From assembly GCA_023253175.1 (NCBI GenBank), contig JALRHH010000001.1:24130-88129 (forward strand): a stretch of 64,000 nucleotides of DNA. Direction: 5' to 3'. The DNA is from Candidatus Saccharimonadia bacterium. Lineage in GTDB: Bacteria > Patescibacteriota > Saccharimonadia > Saccharimonadales > JALRHH01. Below the pieces are notes generated by a model. That model did not search any database, had not been told where the DNA came from, and saw nothing but the letters and a program-made list of their open reading frames with translations. The translations under genes and the position numbers were made by a program. This document shows, one piece after another, positions 59,016-64,000 of the stretch (its first letter is position 1; every line of letters begins with the position of its first letter).

Positions 59016-59862
59016 TGCATTTTCATTTGAGGCTATCGGTACTCACTGGCTCATTGAGCATGACCTAGATAGCGTAACAATAGGGCAGTTTATACTTGAT
59101 CGGATTGAGCTGTTTGATAAGGCATATTCTCGATTTAGGGAAGATTCAATCGTATCAAAAATATCGCAGCAGGGTGGAACGTTTGCGTTGCCCGATGATG
59201 CCGCAGTACTTTTCGATCTCTATGATCAGTTATACGAATCAACCTCAGGGCTTGTAACGCCGCTGATTGGAAATACCTTGTCTGACGCCGGATATGACGC
59301 ACGGTATAGTTTATCGTTTACGCAGAAGACGGTTGCACCAGAAATGAGTTTTGTCATGAAAAGGGAGGGTAATATGGTGACGCTGTCCGAGCCCGTGCTC
59401 ATAGATATTGGCGCCGCAGGTAAGGGCTATTTAGTAGATATTATTGCTGGCTTGATTACTGATGCGGGGGCCACAAAGTTTATCATCAATGCTGGGGGTG
59501 ACATTTTAGTATCTTCTGGCGATGGGATGACTCAGGTGGCGCTTGAGCATCCCAAGGATGCATCTCAGGCGATAGGTATTGCATCAATACGTTCGGGAAG
59601 TATTTGTGGTTCATCAATTTATCTTCGCAGCTGGGGGTCGCATCACCACGTCATTAACCCAAAGACTGGGGAGTCGCCAATGCATATTCAAGCGGTGTGG
59701 GTGTATGCGAAAAATGCATTAACTGCTGATGGAATTTCTACCGCCTTATTTTTTGAAAAACCACAAAAGCTGAAGACAAGGTTTGATTTTGAATATGCCA
59801 TAATGAATGCAGACAATTCGCTGCATTATTCGCGTAATTTTCCGGCAACTTTTTTTGAATAG
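58978..59862 (+). CDS. apbE: FAD:protein FMN transferase (start uncertain)
   Basis: FEAIGT, YSRFREDS, DIGAAGKGYLVD, NAGGDI, HHVINPKTG, ADGISTA. Confidence 0.92.
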   Translation: MRSTKSEAKPRLNAFSFEAIGTHWLIEHDLDSVTIGQFILDRIELFDKAYSRFREDSIVSKISQQGGTFALPDDAAVLFDLYDQLYESTSGLVTPLIGNTLSDAGYDARYSLSFTQKTVAPEMSFVMKREGNMVTLSEPVLIDIGAAGKGYLVDIIAGLITDAGATKFIINAGGDILVSSGDGMTQVALEHPKDASQAIGIASIRSGSICGSSIYLRSWGSHHHVINPKTGESPMHIQAVWVYAKNALTADGISTALFFEKPQKLKTRFDFEYAIMNADNSLHYSRNFPATFFE

Positions 59863-59874
59863 TAAGGAATATGT

Positions 59875-61359
59875 ATGCTTGCCAAACTTGACGATATTTT
59901 AAACAGAGTTACGATGTACCGCCTGGTTACGTACGGCCTCAGTCTTTTAACTATAGTTACCTTTGTATTTAGCATGACGGGAGTCCTGGATTTCACTCCG
60001 CTTGCCATGGCTGCATCTTTGACTGTGATTATGGTAACTGGCTTTGCTGCAAATCAATTTTTGCAGCGTCTGTTGTCAATTCCAGCTAATACTGAATCAG
60101 GGCTCATCACGTGTTTCATTTTATTTTTTCTACTGACACCAACAGGGCTTGCGAGTGAACTCTTCATTGCAGCGCTCGCTACAATCATTGCAATTGCTTC
60201 AAAGTTTTTACTTACTCTCCACGGCAAGCATATTTTCAATCCAGCGGCTTTTGGGGCGGCTATTGTTGGGCTCCTGGGTCTTGGCCATGCTGGGTGGTGG
60301 ATTGGGTCTAGTAGCTTATGGCCCTTTACGCTTGTACTCGGACTTTTGGTTATTCGTAAACTTAGGCGAAGCAGCATGGTCTTCAGTTTCTTTGTCGCCA
60401 GTAGCATTGTAAGTAGCTTCCTTGCTATGCAACACGGTGTTTCATTCGAGGAAAATATACGCATACTGCTATTGTCTTCTCCGCTGATATTTTTGGGTAC
60501 AATCATGTTGACCGAGCCATCGACGATGCCCCCAAGACGAAAGCAGCGGGTGGTATTTGCGGTCATTGCTGGTGCCTTATTTGCTTGGCATCCTGGGGCG
60601 GGGCTACTGTATGTATATCCGGAGACAGCGCTACTAGTTGCAAATATCTATGCGTTTGCAGTTAGTCCAAAGCGCAGATGGGTACTAACTTTTGTCAGAA
60701 GAACCAGGCAGGGTAAAGACAGTTACGATTATGAATTTCGGACGAATACATCAGTCAGCTTTAAAGCTGGCCAGTATATGGAATACACCGTTCCGCTACC
60801 ACTCAGACAAGTTGATGATAGGGGTAATAGGCGTACGTTTACTATCGCGTCTTCTCCGACTGAAAATATAGTCCATGTTGGAATCAGAATACCGAAAAGA
60901 TCAAGCAAATTTAAGCAGATGTTTGATGGGATGAAGTCAGGTGATGTTATTTTCGCGGGTCAAGTAGCCGGAGATTTTGTTTTACCCAATGATCCTAGCC
61001 GTAAGATTATTGGTATCGCAGGCGGCGTGGGGGTAACACCATTTAGAAGTATGGTAAAACAGCTTATCGATACTGGCCAGAAGCGCGATATGGTGCTTAT
61101 TTATATGACCAGAGCAAAAGATGACTTTATGTATGACGATGTATTTAGGGATGCTAAGCGGGTAGGCGTAACAGTAGAGTATGTTGTAGCTGAATCTGGT
61201 ATGACGGAACAGCAACTGGCTCAGTTGGTTCCTGATATAAAGCAGAGAAGCGTTTATGTTTCTGGCCCACCGGCTATGACGCGGCATACTAAAACTCTCG
61301 TTAAGAAGCTTGGTGTTCGAAAATCAGCTATAAAAACCGATTACTTTGCGGGTTATTAA
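59875..61359 (+). CDS. RnfD/NqrB-like membrane domain fused to an FNR-type FAD/NAD(P) domain
   Basis: SKFLL..KHIFNPAAFG, MLTEPSTMP; FKAGQYME, RTFTIASSP, AGGVGVTPFRSM, YVSGPPAM. Confidence 0.9.
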   Translation: MLAKLDDILNRVTMYRLVTYGLSLLTIVTFVFSMTGVLDFTPLAMAASLTVIMVTGFAANQFLQRLLSIPANTESGLITCFILFFLLTPTGLASELFIAALATIIAIASKFLLTLHGKHIFNPAAFGAAIVGLLGLGHAGWWIGSSSLWPFTLVLGLLVIRKLRRSSMVFSFFVASSIVSSFLAMQHGVSFEENIRILLLSSPLIFLGTIMLTEPSTMPPRRKQRVVFAVIAGALFAWHPGAGLLYVYPETALLVANIYAFAVSPKRRWVLTFVRRTRQGKDSYDYEFRTNTSVSFKAGQYMEYTVPLPLRQVDDRGNRRTFTIASSPTENIVHVGIRIPKRSSKFKQMFDGMKSGDVIFAGQVAGDFVLPNDPSRKIIGIAGGVGVTPFRSMVKQLIDTGQKRDMVLIYMTRAKDDFMYDDVFRDAKRVGVTVEYVVAESGMTEQQLAQLVPDIKQRSVYVSGPPAMTRHTKTLVKKLGVRKSAIKTDYFAGY

Positions 61360-62610
61360 TTACTTGCTGAGCTCCTGAATCAGGGATTTTATTTCAGAAT
61401 AATCGCTTACTCCTGCTGCTGGAATAAGCGCGGATTGGCCACTTGATGTTCGATAACTTGCAAGATAGTTAGTGCCCTTGTTGTCCCTGAGGTTGACCTG
61501 CTGCATACTTGCTTCGGGTATAGATTGCATAATGCGGTAAAGAGGCAAAACTTGATTAATCTTAATATCGGTAGCAATGTTATCGGCCGCGGCGTCAAAA
61601 AGTGGCTTATTTTTACGTGGATCAATGATGAATGAGGTTGTGATCTCTGCTTTGATTGCTGCAAATACTTTTTGCTGGTTTTGGGTACGATTAAAGTCAG
61701 AAAGCGGGAAGCCGTACGAGCCGGCAGTTGAGCCTCGGGCACGCGTGAGCCTTAGTGCTGTCTGTCCATCAATGCGATGCTGACCATTGGCGAGCTTAAG
61801 TGGTCCACCTTCCTCTGGCTTGAAGTTCGGGTCATAAATACCGCGTTCGTCACTACTGTCTATAGTTACGGTTATGCCCTCAAGTGCATCAGTGATACTA
61901 CGTACTGCTCCGTAGTTGACGGTAATAGAGTAGTGGGTCTTGATACCAAAGGTATCTTCGATTACTTTTTCCAGTAGCCCAGTCCCGCCGTTAGGGTAGC
62001 CTGACTCAGCAAATGACTGCCGCTCACCAGCCTGGTATGCCTCATTTATTTTTGCAGAGCCATAGTTCGGAATTTTAACGTAAAGATCTCGGGGTATGCT
62101 GAGCATGTAGCCTGTTTTGTCTGCTTTATCCAGGCTGATGATCATAATGGAATCTGTAAGGTTAGCGCCGGCATGACCAGGATCATCGGCAGAATATCCA
62201 ATCATAAGTACATTAGTCCGTCCATTAGTACTGGCTACAGTCCCTGGCACAAGAGCGCCAAATAGGTTACTGCTCCCAAATAATCTTTCACTCGCAGGGG
62301 CTGCATTCTGATAATCCCAAATACCAACTACTAAGAGCGGTGTTATGGCTAAAGTTACTGTAATGAGTAGCGCCTTTTTCCAGCTAAAACGCCGTTTGAC
62401 TCGTTCGGTCTCTTGGTCTCTGAGATCAGCTTCAGAGAATCTTTCCATTGTAGGATCGTTGATAGTTGCTTCGCGGACTTGCCCTGGCTGCCCTGTGGGT
62501 TGATAGGAGCTAAGTGTACGGTTTACATCAAAACGGCTATCTGCCTTGGGGTTTCGTAGCGGTTGTTTGTCGTCATCCATAATACGCTGAATTATATCAT
62601 TGCTGTTCAT
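61360..62610 (-). CDS. LCP (LytR-CpsA-Psr) family phosphotransferase
   Basis: NVLMIG, LTDSIM, SIPRDL, KINEAY, RAR, SDFNRTQNQQ. Confidence 0.93.
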   Translation of the reverse strand: MNSNDIIQRIMDDDKQPLRNPKADSRFDVNRTLSSYQPTGQPGQVREATINDPTMERFSEADLRDQETERVKRRFSWKKALLITVTLAITPLLVVGIWDYQNAAPASERLFGSSNLFGALVPGTVASTNGRTNVLMIGYSADDPGHAGANLTDSIMIISLDKADKTGYMLSIPRDLYVKIPNYGSAKINEAYQAGERQSFAESGYPNGGTGLLEKVIEDTFGIKTHYSITVNYGAVRSITDALEGITVTIDSSDERGIYDPNFKPEEGGPLKLANGQHRIDGQTALRLTRARGSTAGSYGFPLSDFNRTQNQQKVFAAIKAEITTSFIIDPRKNKPLFDAAADNIATDIKINQVLPLYRIMQSIPEASMQQVNLRDNKGTNYLASYRTSSGQSALIPAAGVSDYSEIKSLIQELSK

Positions 62611-62704
62611 AAACGAGCGGAGTATATTATATAAAACAATAATAATATATTGATTTACAATAAATATTATGCAATTATAGAAATATTAAATAGGAATTTA
62701 AAAA

Positions 62705-63187
62705 ATGAATAACTTACCTACTTTGCTCATGAGACTTGTTGTAATAGGCATCGCCTTGTTGGCTACTGCCGTATCCTCGCTCTTGGCTTTTATTGTGTAT
62801 TCAGGTTGGGCACGTGAGATGCCAGAATACGCAGCACTGCGGTATCCGTTCGTTACAATCTTTTTACTGAATATATTGCCTGTCGTTTTTGCTGCCTTTC
62901 AGCTATTCAAGCTCCTGGGCTACATAGATAAAAAGAAGGCATTTTCAAAACTTTCAATCCTGGCGGTGAAAAAAATAAAGTATGCAATGCTTACGATGAC
63001 TGGGCTGTATGCGCTTGTACTGCCGGGTGTATATTTGGTTGCTGATAAAGACGATGCGCCGGGTCTCATATTGATCGGAATGCTATTTGTCTGCGCGCCA
63101 TTGTCTGTGGCAATATTTGCGGCAGTTGTGCAAGGGCTTTTCCAAAATGCAATTGATCTTAAATCTGAAAATGATTTAACGGTATAA
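62705..63187 (+). CDS. DUF2975 membrane protein
   Basis: YIDKKKAFS..DKDDAPG..AIDLKSENDLTV. Confidence 0.9.
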   Translation: MNNLPTLLMRLVVIGIALLATAVSSLLAFIVYSGWAREMPEYAALRYPFVTIFLLNILPVVFAAFQLFKLLGYIDKKKAFSKLSILAVKKIKYAMLTMTGLYALVLPGVYLVADKDDAPGLILIGMLFVCAPLSVAIFAAVVQGLFQNAIDLKSENDLTV

Positions 63188-63190
63188 GTC

Positions 63191-63403
63191 ATGGCAATCG
63201 TAATTAACATTGATGTTATGCTTGCCAAGCGAAAAATGAGCGTAACTGAGCTTGCTGAAAAAGTTGGTATTACTATGGCTAACCTCTCGATTCTTAAGAA
63301 TGGCCATGCGAAGGCTGTTCGATTTTCGACACTTGCGGCAATCTGTGCGGCGTTAGAGTGTCAGCCTGGCGATATTCTCGAGTATGTTTCTGATACCGTG
63401 TAA
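63191..63403 (+). CDS. XRE/YozG-like HTH regulator
   Basis: MAIVINIDVMLAKRKMSVTELA..AVRFSTL..CQPGDILEY. Confidence 0.93.
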   Translation: MAIVINIDVMLAKRKMSVTELAEKVGITMANLSILKNGHAKAVRFSTLAAICAALECQPGDILEYVSDTV

Positions 63404-63476
63404 TACATCCTACAGCCTTTAGCTTGAACATGTCATATAGTACCTGTTATTACGTAGTGAATAGGAGTTGCCAGGC

Positions 63477-63650
63477 ATGAATAAATTTGGACCCAAAGCA
63501 CAAGAGGAAGTCAAAAAAGCAGTCCACGAAATGAAGGAAGGCAAGCTTAAGAGCGGCCAGAGTGGCAAAAAAGTTACGAGTCGCAAACAAGCAATTGCTA
63601 TTGGATTATCAGAGGCCCGTAAAAAAGGCGCCAAAGCTCCCACCAAATAG
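63477..63650 (+). CDS. DUF6496 small basic protein
   Basis: HEMKEGKLKSG..KVTSRKQAIAIGLSEAR. Confidence 0.85.
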   Translation: MNKFGPKAQEEVKKAVHEMKEGKLKSGQSGKKVTSRKQAIAIGLSEARKKGAKAPTK

Positions 63651-63653
63651 GCC

Positions 63654-64000
63654 TTATATCTTGGAGACGTAAAGATTGTTTCGTATGTAAAACCTCCACG
63701 GTGTCTCCTTGGCTTTGGAGATGCCAATCCGAGTCGTGGTTACAATTTCACCTGATGACAGTGTAGGTTGGATGATAATCTTTAGTGGGCTATGTCGTAA
63801 ATCATGGCCATTCAGGCGCTTGTCTATTCCCATGGCCTGACATAATTTTGCAGGACCATTTGTGAGCTCAAACTCTGGCCTATCACCCCGGCGTTTAGCC
63901 ATAATATCCTGACCTTCTAGTGGTTCTAATGCCCGTATCAGTACAGCACTCCCTGTGCCCTGTGGCCCTGTTACGACATTGCAGCAGTAGTGCATGCCGT
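63654..64000 (-). CDS. mpg: DNA-3-methyladenine glycosylase (MPG/AAG type), 5' end outside the window
   Basis: YGMHYCCNVV, AVLIRALEP, NGPAKLCQA, RIGIS, WRF. Confidence 0.92.
   Translation of the reverse strand, partial: GMHYCCNVVTGPQGTGSAVLIRALEPLEGQDIMAKRRGDRPEFELTNGPAKLCQAMGIDKRLNGHDLRHSPLKIIIQPTLSSGEIVTTTRIGISKAKETPWRFYIRNNLYVSKI

Overview
A 64-kb stretch of bacterial chromosome read with the standard genetic code. The gene set points to an aerobic Saccharibacteria (TM7, Patescibacteria/CPR) genome; this is an inference from gene content (VirB2-like CPR pilin, secG next to an orphan peptide-binding protein, N-terminally short MurF, cyo operon). Housekeeping genes include uvrA (5'-truncated), rplY, trhO, uvrC, pepP, secG, lemA-htpX, ligA, murF, leuS, rpmF-nusB-NUDIX-rnc and rpsP-khpA-trmD, plus eight CCA-encoding tRNAs interleaved with orphan ORFs. 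A redox region at about 43-61 kb carries Ni-SOD with its maturation protease, NDH-2, an FAD-linked hydroxy-acid dehydrogenase, cyoE-cyoABCD and an FMN-protein/ApbE/RnfD-FNR flavinylation module. No rRNA, CRISPR array, integrase or transposase is seen. The strongest leads are: (1) a bo3-type oxidase with intact metal, quinol and D-channel residues but both K-channel residues replaced by Val, and a CyoD fused to a Cys-free cupredoxin; (2) a pilin fused to a GDPD-like phosphodiesterase; (3) unannotated promoter/terminator-bounded small RNAs at 30.96 kb and in the khpA-trmD gap where rimM usually sits, one starting with a leaderless M-F-Q-P-stop micro-ORF; (4) a leader-peptide attenuator before an ABC exporter; (5) a shared direct-repeat promoter box at three envelope/redox promoters; (6) repeated loss of Fe-S and Zn cysteine ligands. 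Family assignments come from motif recognition by eye, not database searches.
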